The notes under the pieces: model-generated
What the model was told of the DNA's origin: nothing
The model's input: the letters and a program-made list of their open reading frames with translations, nothing else
Database searches by the model: none
Origin: the human T2T-CHM13v2.0 reference genome, Homo sapiens
Strand: one strand, 5' to 3'
Assembly: GCF_009914755.1 (NCBI RefSeq)
Contig: NC_060931.1
Length of the DNA stretch: 64,000 nt
Made by a program: the position numbers and the translations under genes
In this document: in pieces, positions 17,901 through 33,421 of the stretch
How the letters are laid out: each line of letters begins with the position of its first letter
Position numbering within the stretch: the first letter of the stretch is position 1

Positions 17901-18186
17901 TGATGCCCAGGCTGGTCTCAAACTCTTGGGCTCAGGCCATCCTCTCACCTTGTCTTCCCAAAGTACTGGGATTACAAGCGTAGCCATTGTACCTGGCTGC
18001 CCTACCTGCTTGTTGAAGCCCAACATCTAGACCTTTCCAGCTTTCCATACTTAATTCTCTCCATTCTTTAACTCAAATTCTCTTTTCCAGTCAGGCCTGT
18101 TTCTTTTATGCCAGTCATCACATGTCCATTCCCATCTTGTGCCTTGATTTTCCACATTCAGTTTTCTTCGCATTTCCTTTACCAGT

Positions 18187-18537
18187 TGTATTAGTCCATT
18201 TTCACACTGCTGATAAAGACATACCCGAGACTGGGTAATTTACATGGGAAAAAGGGTTTAATGGACTTACAGTTCCACATGGCTGGGGAGGCCTCAATCA
18301 TGGCAGAAAGCAAGGAGGAGCAAGTAACGTCTTACATGGATGGCAGCAGACAAAGAGAGAGCTTGTGCAGGGGAACTCCTCTTTATAAAACCATCAGATC
18401 TCATGAGACATATTCACTATCACGAGAACAGCATGGGAAAGACCTGCCCTCATGATTCAGTTACCTCCCACTTGGTCCCTCCCACAACGTGGGAATTCAA
18501 GATGAGATTTGGGTGGGAACACAGCCAAACCATATCA
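18187..18537 (-). mobile_element. THE1B-like MaLR solo LTR
   Basis: TGTATTAGTCCATTTTCACACTGCTG...CAGCCAAACCATATCA; TSD CCAGT at 18182-18186 and 18538-18542. Confidence 0.92.
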
Positions 18538-21096
18538 CCAGTTTAAATGTGAACACTTAGCATATTTAGAGCCTTTAATATCAACCTGAGGTATATATTT
18601 TTCAAGTATGATTTCTTAAAAGAATCACTTTTGTGTCATTCATTTTGCCACTTAATGCATGGCCTAGTTCTGATGTTTGGAGCATCTGTTAACATTGAAA
18701 ATCCTGTGCAGGGTCCTGCCTTCTGTTGTTATATAACTATTTTACCTAGCATTTCTTCCTATTCATCATATAAGTTCTCTAAGGGCAGAGATCATTTTTA
18801 ATCCTTTCATGGGGCTAAATATGAGGTTGATTTTTAGTATAAGGTCTGCAGTCCCTTAATCAAAATCTTTAGGGGCCGTATGTATTTGGGAAATCAGATT
18901 TCTTTCAGATTTTAGAAAAGTAATAAGCTGCATCATGTACCTCGGTACTTAACACCCCCAGCAGCATCTGGGATAGCACTTTGTAATCTAAATGTATTAA
19001 AATTTTTGGTGTGAGACATATTCTCCAGCGAGGAGGTCTAAGGCAGGATCCTATATTTAAAGATTTCTATTTCTATAGCAAAAAATGATTATTCACACTA
19101 AAGTGTGATAATGACATAAATAGGCTCCTGTTAGTTCAGGTCAGATATGCTTTTGCTACCAAATGAGTTATGATGAAATGTAGTTTGGATTGAGTTGGGT
19201 TTCAGAATTGTGGATAATGGATTGTGGAGCTTCACTGATTCTTAGTGTACTCTCTATTTATAGAGCTGACAATGCGATTCTTCTGTTGTGTACTGCTCTG
19301 TGCCAGTCTAGACTTCTCTTTTGGGGCTCTTAGCTCCAGTATCTTCTTCCCATCTATTTTTCCTGTACACTACTTTCCTCATCTCAGTCCTCTGTTCTCA
19401 AACTTCCAGTGTTTTACCATTAATTGTCCCCAATGTTTCTGTGAAAAGAAGCTACTTTTTCATACCCCTAAAGTCTCAAAATTATTACAGAGAGGGTGTG
19501 ATAGTAATGCACTTAGTGTTGAGCTTGGGAAGAAAGCATTGCATTCCTTATGCCACAGTGTTCTCTACAGGGAATACTAAGGGGTGACCATGTGATATGG
19601 GGGAAGCAGGGCATTGTGATGGCATTCAGCTGACAGAACTACTGATGAGGTTTCCAGGTCTTGGCCTGGAAGAAGTTAGGCATTCTTGGCCTGCAAGGAG
19701 GTTTCAGACTCATCCAAGACCTCCTATAATCTGACTCCAGTCTAACCTCTCAGACTGAGTCACTGTTCCTCAGATTTAGGTTTTACTTTTTTGTCTAAAC
19801 TTGCCTACTGACCATCCCGTGAATGACATACTGTATATGCTTTTCTGGCTTCATGCATTTTTCCCAACATTTCTCTTAGTGATATTTTTCTTGTGTATTT
19901 AATCTTATGATACTCCTTTGGTAGATCCGGTAGTATTCTGAAACTGGAATTGATATGACTTGTTTAGAGGCTCATGGTTTTTGTTTTGTGTTGTGTTTTA
20001 AAATAATCATGAGTTTTTTATGTGCCCTGATACCTGGCAAAGTTGCCAAAATGAAGCCACGTTAGACATGCCACATTTATTTAGAGACACATTTGGTAAG
20101 AACTAGGAATCTTAGCATGTTGGAGCTGGACATTACATTGTGAGTATAATGTTTTATAAATCAGGAAGCTCAAATCAGCAAAGCTCCAGAGAGGTTAAGT
20201 GTCTTGCTTTAGGCACACCGCTTGATAGTGGTGGAACCAGAACTCGATTATTTTTTTTGAAAGTTTTTAAATCCCATGTTTTTTCTTTTTGGTGTTAGAG
20301 CTAATACTTTCATTTGACTTGTTTTCTCTTCTTTTAAGCAAATTTAATACTCCTTCTGGATTTGGAAAACCATTTCCTACCTGGTTTCAACCCATAGGAG
20401 AAAAAAATCATTCTCCTTCAAGGTGCAACACTGGTAAAAGTAGGATTTTGCAGGCCATATCTGATTAATCAAATGATCAGAACGGTCTATGATTAGAGAT
20501 AAGATAGACTCTTCTATGATTTTTATTGCTAACAACAAACCAATTTAAATTATACTTTTGGTGTTTCAAGCTTAGTAAGTTTAAAGTGTACTAAGGACCC
20601 AGCTGCATTCTGTTCCCCTGTGTGCATCTCCAACTTGAAGAGAAGGTTCAGTCATGCCATGTGATTGATGGTGTTAAGTGCCACATTTTATTTTTTTAAA
20701 CCTCTCTGCTGTGTATTGATTGAATAAAAGCAACAATGATTAAAGAAAATGATGAAAAAAATTGATGCTAGTTTGAATTTATAAAATGAGAAATTAAGCT
20801 CCAGATGGAGCCTCTTAGTTACCAGAGGAAAACAGGGAATTATTATCATTAAAACTCAAAGCTGAGGAGCCTTGGCCCTTTTGGATATATCTAAATTTTC
20901 ATGAACCAGTTTTTGTTTAGGAAAATAGTCACCAAATGAGATAAATATTTAAAGTTTTCTAAAAATTGCACCCGTCTCTTGTCACTGTGTTTCCCACCGG
21001 CCTTAAATGTCCTGCCTGTTAGACTGTACCTGTGGCAGAGTGCTAAGCCATATGTGCTCTCAGTGGTGTGTCAGAGTTTTCTCTTCTTTTCTGTAA

Positions 21097-21594
<498 letters not shown>

Positions 21595-22048
21595 TGAATA
21601 ATTTTTATTTGATTTAAAAAGGAATAACAATATCCATAACCAAAAAAAGACAAAAAAATTGCAGCATGCAACAAGAAAAATCTGAACTTTGGCTTGAGTT
21701 TCCAGGACTTGTAGTCAAGTATTTATGTGGGTTGTGAGGGGATAAGAGAATTTAGGGTAGCTTTATACAGTGTTACCATTTATTCTTTTTTGTTGTTTTA
21801 TTTTTTTCTTATGTTTGGTTGGTGTCACCATTTATTCTTTTGTATGCTGTTTAGCCTCTGGAGAGGGCATCTCTGTGTTTATAGAAGAAAAATGTGACTC
21901 TCATGTTGTACACAGCCCTAGACTGGACATCAAGGTCTTCTAACTGTCCTAAGCTTCTTAGGAAGATATTGTCTATGTATTTTAGTTTGGAATCAGACTG
22001 GCACAGGACTCGGCATGCACTATAACTCTTACTGTTCTATTTTTTCAG

Positions 22049-22102
22049 CTTGGATTTACACTGGGCAACGTGGTTGGAATGTATCTGGCTCAGAACTATG
22101 AT
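22049..22102 (+). CDS. STMP1: STMP1 exon 2: LGFTLGNVVGMYLAQNYD (TM helix)
   Basis: ttttttcag|CTT...GAT|gtaagt; 54 nt, phase 0/0. Confidence 0.95.
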
Positions 22103-22951
22103 GTAAGTGGCCATATCCATGACTTCCTTGATTCCATGTAACTGTTTTAGAGTGACTTTTCTTTGTTTGAGGTAAGGTGTGACTTCCAGCATAAATGTAG
22201 TCCATATGGCTGAGGCAAAACTCCTGAATATTGTAGAATGGTTTGCCATTGTTTGAAAAAGTAATCCAACTCATGAAACAGCTGTCCTCCATATCACCAC
22301 AAGAGGGCAAAATCCCTTCAGTTTAGCTGGGCTCATGATCATCCTCAGCTGTGGCTTGTTAGCCGAGAGTAATATTAAGTTGGGCTCTTAAAATTCTTTG
22401 GGAAATCATGTGATAAGTGAGAATTTAAAAATTAATTGGATAATATTTTCAGCCCCACTATCCAGTAGTAGAGATGACTTAGAATTTTGGAGATGCATCT
22501 GGGTAGGGGGACTGAAAAATATAGATCTATATTCCATCTCCAAAATTCTAAGTGTAGCACATTTGGGGACAGAGTTTTGTGAAGTTGTATTAACCTCACT
22601 TTATAGGTGGTGATGTTGAAAACCAGGTGGTGCAGCAGCCTATGAATGGGGATTCTGGACAGGAGTTTGAAAAAGACAAGCAAGGGAAACATGATACTAA
22701 CTTGATTTGTTATAAAGCTTTTCATATGACAAAGGGAATTCCTTTGTCAACCTTCGTTTGAGTCATACAGTTTTCTAGGCAAAGGCTACATTATGTCACA
22801 TTTATTGTTTATATGTACAACCTTTACTTGGCACCAGATCGAGCGGAAGTGGGTATACAAAAGTAGAAGTGGGTTTCAGAGAAGGAGCATACTTATCTGA
22901 CAACTTCTGATATCTTTCACATGCAGTTATAAGGCTAAGAAATACCACTAT

Positions 22952-23250
22952 TGGCCGGGTGCAGTGGCTCACGCCTGTAATCCTAGCACTTTGGGAGGCC
23001 GAGGTGGGCAGATTGCTCAAGCTCAGGAGTTCGAGACCAGCCTGGGCAGTGTGACGAAAGCCCATCTTTACAAAAAATACAAAAATTAGCCAGGGGTGGT
23101 GGCATGTCCGTGGTCCCAACTACTTGCGGGATTGTGGCGGGAAGGATCACTTGAGCTCTGGAGGTCAAGGCTGCAGTGAGCTGTGTTTGCACCATTGCCC
23201 TCCAGCCTGAGTGACAGAGTGAAACCCTATCTTAAAAAAGAAAGCAAAAA
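22952..23250 (+). mobile_element. AluJ in STMP1 intron 2
   Basis: Alu consensus; TSD-like aagaaata(a)ccactatt. Confidence 0.9.
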
Positions 23251-23386
23251 GAAATAACCACTATTTAGCAGATCTCTTTTGGAGGAAGATAAAAGCTTGT
23301 AAAACCATTTATCTTTGGAGGAAGAGAAGTACAAGAATATTGATTAGGTAGATGCAAAATTATAATAACCTTTTTTCTCTTCAAAG

Positions 23387-23461
23387 ATACCAAACCTGGC
23401 TAAAAAACTTGAAGAAATTAAAAAGGACTTGGATGCCAAGAAGAAACCCCCTAGTGCATGA
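23387..23461 (+). CDS. STMP1: STMP1 exon 3 coding part: [24 protein letters not shown]
   Basis: ttttttctcttcaaag|ATA...GCA TGA; total CDS 144 nt = 47 aa plus stop. Confidence 0.95.
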   Translation: MPNLAKKLEEIKKDLDAKKKPPSA

Positions 23462-25218
23462 GACTGCCTCCAGCACTGCCTTCAGGATATACTGATTCTA
23501 CTGCTCTTGAGGGCCTCGTTTACTATCTGAACCAAAAGCTTTTGTTTTCGTCTCCAGCCTCAGCACTTCTCTTCTTTGCTAGACCCTGTGTTTTTTGCTT
23601 TAAAGCAAGCAAAATGGGGCCCCAATTTGAGAACTACCCGACATTTCCAACATACTCACCTCTTCCCATAATCCCTTTCCAACTGCATGGGAGGTTCTAA
23701 GACTGGAATTATGGTGCTAGATTAGTAAACATGACTTTTAATGAGTAGTGTCTTCTTTATCGTTTGCGATTTTTACTACCTTTTTTCAAAAGAAAAATTG
23801 ATGAGTTTTGTATAGCTGGTCAGATACAAATAATAGTGACTTCACAGTTTAGTAATTATAATGGGTACTTGTTAAACATTTGGTACTAAATTATGTTGCT
23901 GCAAAGTAATTAAAATTAGTATCTAGAGCTAGTTTCTGGTGAATTATTCATTTATTTTGTACTGTTGTTAGGCAGCTCTGTAGTTGCTAATTTAACCAAT
24001 AAGTCAATTTGCTATTCATGAAGAAACGATTCTGAGAATCCTGTCAGGAATTGGGGAATGAAAAAATACACAAAATAATGGTCTTTGTCCCAGTAGAGTT
24101 CATAGTCTATTTAGTGTGCATGTTTTTCCTTAATGATGTATTTGATCTGACTTTTTTCCTTCTCAAAAGAATCATACTTGGGATTACAGGTACATTTGAT
24201 GTTATATGATGGATAAGTGAAAAGTTTTTAAAGGAGATTTTATACCTTTTCACATTAAAAAAGGTATTTATATTATTACTTTGTAGTGATTGTCTTAAGA
24301 AAAAATATAGCCCAAATGTATAGTAAAATCAGCAGCTCAAGAAGAATTTCTGCTTCTCTTTGTAGTTGATGCTTTGTTTTTTCCTGCAGTCAGAAATTCC
24401 TTGTATTTGTCAAATGTATAATCAGCTTGTATTGTTTTTAAATTAAAAAAAAATTTGAATAATTAACTTTTGCCATGGGACAAGATACAAAAGTAATTTC
24501 ATATAAAGGGCCTCTCCCACCCCTGTTCTCTGGCTCCTGGCTCCTGTTTGACAAGTTACTGTTACCACTTCGCCTTATACTTTTGAGAAAGAGTCTGTGC
24601 CTAAACAAACACGTGTAACACAAATAGTAACTATACATGGAGGTCTAGCCCTCGCCTTTTTTTTTTCTTTTTTTCTTTTTTAATGGAGATCATTCTATAC
24701 CAGCATGTAAGTAGCAAGGAACCTCATTCTTTTTTTGGCTGCCTAAAATTTTTTTGAATAGATATAACATAATTGATTTAATCTGCTACTGGTGAATGCT
24801 TAGGTTGTTCTTTTGCTATTACAGTGATAACTTCAATCCTAATGTTATTAAGCATATCGATTCAGGGTATAGCTATAAGATGAAGTCCTAAAAGTATAAT
24901 TTAGACTAAATACAAATACCCATTTCGCTAGCTGTTTTGTTTCAGAGGACTTGTTGAGCAGCTTCACTAATAATGCCATTTTTGAAGACATGGCAGGTTC
25001 AGAATCAATAAACTGGAAGAATTGTTCAGAGCATCTTTTTTCAGACAGTGATGACATTGATTCTGTATATGATAAAGTGATTCTGCTTCTCTTTGACAAC
25101 TTGCATCTCTCCTACATGGAAGTAAGTTTTATTCCTGTCAATGTTGTCTTTGTGTGTGACAGATTAGGATTAAATTATGGTTTGACTTTTCCTAGCAGCG
25201 TGATCATGGGCAAGTGGC

Positions 25219-25510
25219 TTTTTTTTTTTTTTTTTTTTTGAGACAGAGTCTCACTCTGCTGCCCAGGCTGGAGTGCAGTGGCACAGTCTTGGCTCACTGC
25301 AACTCCTGCCTCCCGGTCCAAGTGATTCTCGTGCTGCAGCTTCTCAAGTAGCTGGCATCACCACCACACCTGGCTAATTTTTGTATTTTTAGTAACGACG
25401 AGGTTTCACCATGTTGGCAAAGCTGGTCTCAAATTCCTGGCCTCAAGTGATCTGCCCACTTCAGCCTCCCAAAGTGTTGGGATTACAGGCGTGAGCCACT
25501 GCGCCCGGCT
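25219..25510 (-). mobile_element. Antisense Alu in STMP1 distal 3'UTR region
   Basis: Reverse Alu consensus. Confidence 0.9.
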
Positions 25511-25688
25511 TTTTTAAACTTTTAGATTCATTTAATAGGTAAATTGCATGTCACGGGTTTGTAGCTTATTCTTTCAGAAACTCTTGCATTATCTGTAGAC
25601 GTGGACGTAAATATCCACCTCATAGGGTTTTCATAAAAAATAATTGAGATAATGTATGTAATGTTTCACAGTGCTTTGCAGACTATCT

Positions 25689-25694
25689 AATAAA
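25689..25694 (+). terminator. STMP1: Candidate STMP1 poly(A) signal AATAAA, within a MIR 3' end
   Basis: AATAAA followed by GU/U-rich sequence (cttgttgctttttgg); other candidates near 24442 (ATTAAA) and 25007. Confidence 0.5.
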
Positions 25695-28600
25695 TAGTAG
25701 CTATTAGTACAAACTTGTTGCTTTTTGGCTAGTTCTGCAGTCACTTTTGGAATCAGTTTATGAACCACACAAAAAGTTTGTCATTATTCTGTAGTCGCTG
25801 TTTTTGATACTGATGAAAATTTACAGTATCCACCTGGATTGTACCATCTGGCTCACAAGATTTGATCTTGAATTGTTAGCACAATGAACTACAGCCTCAA
25901 AGGATGAAAGTTTACCTTGCGGGTATTAAAAATGCTAGAAGCTTAGAAAGCTGTTTCCAAAGAGGGATTCCTTGTTACCAACCATGATAGCATTGCTGTG
26001 GTGTGTGTGGTCTCCCAGAGTGGCTGCTTTGGGATTGGAGGTCACTTAGCTATTAGAAGGATAGGTCTCTTTATATTATACCTTGTAAACAAGGCTCATT
26101 TGGACTTAGGGCTTCCTTTAGAGGTGACACTTAACCTTGGCAAGGGGATCATTTCTACCAGTGGGATCCATCTAGCAGATCAGTTCTTAAATTCGGCTTC
26201 ATCATGTAAACTGCTACACAGTGCAGGCTGACTTTGCATTCACCATTCAGATACCCTCTCCTAGTTTTATGTTCTTGGCAGCAGTGAAAAGGACCTCAGA
26301 GTTCTCAGGCAAGATGATCTTCACTGAGCTATATGTTGGAGGAGCCCAGAACCATCATAGTTTTAGGGTGTAGTTGAAAATCCTTACTGTGAATGGGGTT
26401 TATGGCACTGAAAGTTACCCCTTCCCTGGGAATTTTGTAGGAACCCTTGCCACACAGATCAATGGAGTGGTGGGAAGAAGCACCACAAGACAGGCCTTTT
26501 TTTTTTCCTTTAAAAAATGTTTGAAAGCTCCTACTAATATGGTTAGGAAAACTTCTGCCACATCTGACCATAAAATGAGAGTTGCTCAAAATACTAGTGC
26601 AGATTACTCTGACATGTGAAATACAAGACTTCAGGATTGATGCTAGAAAAATACAGTGAACTTGAAAAGCTTATCCCTAAACTGTAATCCTCCCAAACAA
26701 AACAAAAACAAAGCAAGAAAAAAAGCCTTATTTAAAATTGTCAAAAGAGGCTGAATTTTATGAAGTTACCAAAAGTATATCTTTAGACTTTTCTTCTGAT
26801 TTGGTATTTTATGTATTTAAGCAGTTACCTGATTCTGATTTAAAGGAGCAATTTTATTTCTCTTTTTCTAACTCATTTACCCAATGAGTTTGTGTGACTA
26901 TAGAGAAAAGTAGGCTGTGTGGTTTTTCTAGTTGTCTATACACATTGCCTCATAGAGCATATGTACACATGGTACACATGTGTAATGTTTTCATTTCCAC
27001 TAACCCGTTCACTCCCTAGATACTATGCTGGTGTTTTTCTGCTGAGGTCTCCCACATTTTTAATGCCTTTTCTGAGTTATTCCTCCTGAAGGAACGTTAT
27101 ATACTGTACTGGAGCAAATGAGGCTTTTCTTAAACTTCCAGTCTTGGGTTTTGCATGTAGCATTTCCATTCCTTACAGATGAATGAGTTCTTTTTTCCCT
27201 ATTGACTATTAGGGCTTCGCCTTGCGGAAAGGAATAGGGTGGTGAAGGGAAAATATTTTGAGATCTTGCCTGCTCTTAATAGGGAGTTTGTGACACTTAG
27301 ATTTTCAAGTGTTCATTTTATACCTTTCCCAAATCTGGTTGCAGTGTATTTAGTCAAGCATTGAAGACCTAACATATGGCATGTTTTGCAAGGCACAGGG
27401 AAAGAAAAATGAACTGAGAACAGTGAGACCTTGTGGAAGTTCCCAGGGTGGGACGTTGAAACCCTGGGTCCTGGGCCTTCCTGAATCACAGCCTCGGTGG
27501 GAGGATTTTATGAAAGGTACAGTGCAGTTGCATCATCTTACACAGTTGTACAGGACTGGGACCAAAAAAGGTGCCATGTAAATAGTGCATGCAATTGTGT
27601 TCAGTGTTCGTTCAGTGAGGACAGCCCCACTGAGCTACCTGTGTACTCAGGTGGTCTCGGTTCCCTTTGCGTTCTAATGGTTTGAGTTTCTTGCTGTATT
27701 GAGAGTGATTCTAGTGTTTAGAGACTTTTTCAAACATCACGGTCTCCAGATGTGAAGCCAACTACCTCATTTATTGTATGGTTGAACAAACAGATTTGTT
27801 CTGATGTTGGAAGGAAAACTAGCTGCTTTTGATTTGTTAAAAGATGGTACATGAGTGTTTGTGATATGTAAATACTAATGTGAAAGATTGTATACCATGT
27901 ACTTAATGTCTGACTTAGTGGAATTTCAAAGGCAACTTTGACTAAGCAAATTTGATAAAGAATTGGTTTAAGAATAAGATGCAACTATACTTAGTGACTT
28001 TGGCTCACAGTTTCATCATCCATAAAATATTAGAAGATAAAATTAAATTATATTTGCAAGAGACACAAGACTATTAAGGAGGGCTAGAAGTTATCCAACA
28101 GTGGAGTGATTTAGATGACAAGGAGTTATTAATCATATTTGCCATTTCCTGTCACTGGAATGGGTAACCTTGCTTGGCTTGAATCTCCAGTTCTGGGAAA
28201 GAACAGTGCTGTGCTTGAGAGCAGTTTAGTAGACCAGACTGAAATAAACGCTCTTTCTAAATTGGCTAGTTGAATGCATTCACTACTCGGAACACCTGGC
28301 AGCAGTTGCTGGCACAGCTTTCCCTTCAGGAGTGAGTCAGGTTCTCACATAGTTGAATACTGGCCAGTAATTCTAAGTCCACTTAATTCTAAATCAACTT
28401 TTCTTTCTCTTTTTACTTATACTCCCAGAATCTTACGGATTGCACCTTTGTCCTATTGTCTGACTTAGGGGCAAAGGATCTGTGTTCTGTGATGGTTCAT
28501 AAATGTGATGTTTGGCTGCTCTGATAATAAGAGTAATACCCTGACTCTTTTGAAAATTTAAAGCAAATGACTTTAGAGATGTTGGCTGGATCAAATCAGC

Positions 28601-29455
28601 TGTAGCGTACCTAACATTGGTATTTCATTTGGGCTTGTGAGGTCTTAACTATTATATTGGACAAATAATTTTGGTCTAACTCACAGGGCAGAAGCACTGA
28701 TGTTCCCATTAACCATGGTCAGTCACATTCTGTGGTTGAAGCACATGTTTGTGGTGGTTTCTTTTGCTCCAAAAGAAATTTTACAACTCACAGATGCTTG
28801 ATCAATTAAGGGAGTGATTTTATAGATAAATTATTGTGGGAAAACAGCACGTGCTATCAGTAGTAACTTAAAATCACTTAAAACAGTGCAGTAATTGTAG
28901 GGGACTCCCTTTCCCCTAAGATATATTTAGCAAACAACTGATGGGAGAAATAAAAAATATGTAACACTAACAAACTAGAGGGATTGAGAGCTATCTCCAG
29001 TCATGTAGCAAGGATATCTATCATGGAGAAAACGGCATGGTCTTCAGGAGGAGAAAGAAGCCTTGATTTCCAGACAGTTGTTTTCTCATGGGACACGTTT
29101 ATTGAGCATTTACAGCTTACCACATTGTAGAAGTTGCTGGGGGATTTCAAGAGCCATAGACAGCTCTTCTCCCTCAAGGGGCTCATGTAGGGATGTGTAG
29201 GAAGTGACAGATGTGTTTGGACCTTTGGCTACTACCTAATACTTTGTTTTCTCAGGAACAAACTACTTATTAAATCCAGAAGCAAGCCAGTCTAATATAA
29301 TAATAATGCTGTGGTCTTAATTATAGTTTTGGTTTCCCTTATAAGACACATAGGAAAGTTTTCCCTCCCTCCCAAAACTTAACCAAGGCAATAGTATTTC
29401 TGGTTAGTGACAGGTGGAGAGAGAGATGTTAATCTCAATGTATCTTCTTTCTTGA

Positions 29456-30300
<845 letters not shown>

Positions 30301-30566
30301 AGGAGCTGACATTAGGTTTCGAGGTCTGGGTGAGGTTTCCCACAAAAAAGATGTCACTGGTTTCACTCTGCCTTGGTAGGATGACTTGGGTATCTTTCTA
30401 CTCCTAAGAAGGTATTAAGAATAACATAAAACCTAGTGAGTTTGCAAGGCTTAGCCTCCGAAGGGTGACTAAGACAGGCTTTCTTTTCCTGTCTTCAGAA
30501 TGAATGGATTACAAAGACTAGATACAACTTTAGGTTTTCTTTGTCTTCTTTTTTTTTAATTTAATT

Positions 30567-30572
30567 TTTATT
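30567..30572 (-). terminator. SLC13A4: SLC13A4 poly(A) signal (AATAAA on minus strand, with adjacent ATTAAA)
   Basis: tttatt on + strand about 290 nt beyond the stop codon. Confidence 0.7.
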
Positions 30573-30860
30573 TTCTTTTTCTTTTTCTGTGAGCCTATGG
30601 CTTGTATTGAAACTTTAGGTTTTCTTGAGCTGTGGTGCTGAGGGCAGGAAGAAGACACTAACAGCGAAGCATGTGTTTGTGGTTGTTGGAGGATTCCTGC
30701 AGTTCACTTGAGGTGGCGGAATCTTCTGGTGGAGGGATGCCCTCCGGCGTGGGTCTGGGGTTGTGTGCTCCTGGTGGTCCTAGTGGTTTTCTTTGCCTGT
30801 GGTCCAGATACTGCTGGATACTGGCAGCTCCTGTGGTTGGGCCAGTTTGTACACTTGGCG

Positions 30861-30998
30861 TTAGGCTTGATCAGTGATGTTGCTGACCCTCGCCCATGCT
30901 GGGTAAGTGTCCAGGTGGAAGAGGCTAACTCCCCAGGTGTTGATGGCCACCATTACTATCACCAGTCCAATAACGTTGACTCCCAGGCCAGCTTTCAC
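30861..30998 (-). CDS. SLC13A4: SLC13A4 (Na+/sulfate cotransporter NaS2/SUT-1) last exon (16): VKAGLGVNVIG...SNITDQA*
   Basis: cag|GTG acceptor; TAA at 30861-30863; 138 nt. Confidence 0.95.
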   Translation of the reverse strand: MKAGLGVNVIGLVIVMVAINTWGVSLFHLDTYPAWARVSNITDQA

Positions 30999-32268
30999 CT
31001 GCAGGACACAAACCAGCACACCCTAGTCACTCTGACCAGCAGCAGCACAGATCCCCAAGTCCCCCTTCTGTTCCTGCAGCCTATGCCTTGTGGCCCAGAT
31101 TAGTTCCCAGTTGCTGCCTGGGGTGCTCTAGCATTGCCTTGTAGGGTGCACAGGACTGTGGAAAGGCGGGAAAGGGACAATTAGAGTCATCTCCACTTCA
31201 TGCTTACAGCACTCTCACTAGATTTCAAGTGGAAGCCTAGAAGGTATGTTAGTTACTTGGAACACCCACTCTGTGGAACGTGAAGAGGTATTTCTGCAGC
31301 TCACTGATAGGGAAATGTGCTAAACAAAACTAACCAGATCTCTGTAAAGCAGGAACTTCTCAGAGCCCTGATGCGTTAATACAGGGAACTTGTACGAGGG
31401 GCTATATTACATGAAGCCTTTGCTACTGTTACCTTTTTTTAAGGAACAGCTCATGGAAATAGTGTACCTTGAGTTCACTTGGGGAAACGGTTTAGCTGCC
31501 TCTGCTCAGCTCTTCCTCAAGAAGGGGACACAGGCATGCTAGCTGGAATGGAGCCTTTGCTTCTTTCCTCTGAGGGAATTACACCTCAGTGACTGACCCT
31601 TTTCACTTCTGCCTTGACATTGACACCCACAGGCTGAAGTGGGGGATGTGAGAGATGGTGGGCTGGCAGAGCCAGATGGAAAAATGTGTCCTGTAAGGAT
31701 AGCTGGCATCTTCCCAAGGAGTAACCAGGCATATAGCATGTAGCCAAGACAAGTCACTAGCTGGCATTAAGTTGGGAAAATTGCAAGGGGAAAGTGGATG
31801 CTGGGAAATTGTTTCAAGCAAATGGCTAGACGTGTCCTCTCTCTCCTGCCGTCTGGTCGGGGCCCCCTGGGCATTTTGGCATGGAGGACAGCCCATGTTT
31901 CCCCACAGGTGAGAGGGCAGGTTCTAGCAGGGCTAAATTAAGGAGTGTTAGAGTTGAAAGGGACCCCATGGAGCATCCAGCTGGAACCTCATCATTTAGC
32001 AGATGAGGAAATTGAAGTCAAGGTAGTGCCCAAGCTGGGAATAGTGCCCAAGACTGGCTCACTTCTTGTCACCTGGTACCTTTGAAAATTACTGCCTCTG
32101 ATCATTTGATTCCAGTGTAGAAAGCTAGGGGTCAGTGGTGGGGGCACACAGCAGAGGAAGCGGGAGACAGGAGAGCTGGGGTAGAGCTCAGCGTGAGCAG
32201 ACTGAGGGTTACGCAGTAAGATGGGAGGGGAGAGGGATGGCTGGGACACTCCATTCAAGGAAGTATCA

Positions 32269-32678
<410 letters not shown>

Positions 32679-33421
32679 CTATTTGTTACTTTACAGGGCT
32701 GCCCGAGAACAAATTTGGCTCCCATGAAAAAAAATTGTCAGACCATCAGTAATTCGTATCAGTGTTTTCCATCCTCTCCCCCCTCCCTCAGCCCTGGATA
32801 CTAAGTATAGCAGCAGGTGTATAGGTAGAGGAGTAGAAGGTAGATAGGCCCAGTGCTAAAGTCAGCAGCAAAATATCTCAAAGCCATCTTTTGTGAGCCC
32901 AGCTGAAAATGAAAATGAATGGTGGACGCTTCATTTTCCATTGTTGCTTCAGGGGTTTCTTGCCTGGGCCGGGGTGGAGGGTGAGTTGAGCAGAAGAATC
33001 CTGTTTTCTCAAAATACCTTTCACCCTAGGTTCATACACTTCCTCATTCTCATCTTCTGTGAATAAACCAGTAGCTTTCTCAATGAATGTCTCCACTGGC
33101 CTAATGAAGAAACGAAGGCAAAACTTGTTTGCACAGGCTCATGCCTTCTGGAACTGGGCCACAGCCTGTCTGTTCCAGCTTTCTCTACCTAGGTACCCAC
33201 TTCCTTCCAGGGAAGGGTTGGGGAGAGCACATTCTTGCTATCCTTGGTGCTTATAGACCAACAAAAACCTTTTTATAGGTGCTATTCTTGCTACCACACT
33301 GGGTTTAGCATTGACAGGCCAGGGACACTGCTACAAAATAAGCTTTGAAAGAAGGCTGCAGAGCTGTCATCCCTGTCCTCATGGCAGCTGGGCCTGGCAG
33401 GGAGAGGGCACCCCAACTCAC

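Noticed and set aside
30708-31103. 131-aa plus-strand ORF antisense to the SLC13A4 last exon
   Set aside because: Non-ATG start; typical antisense shadow of coding sequence
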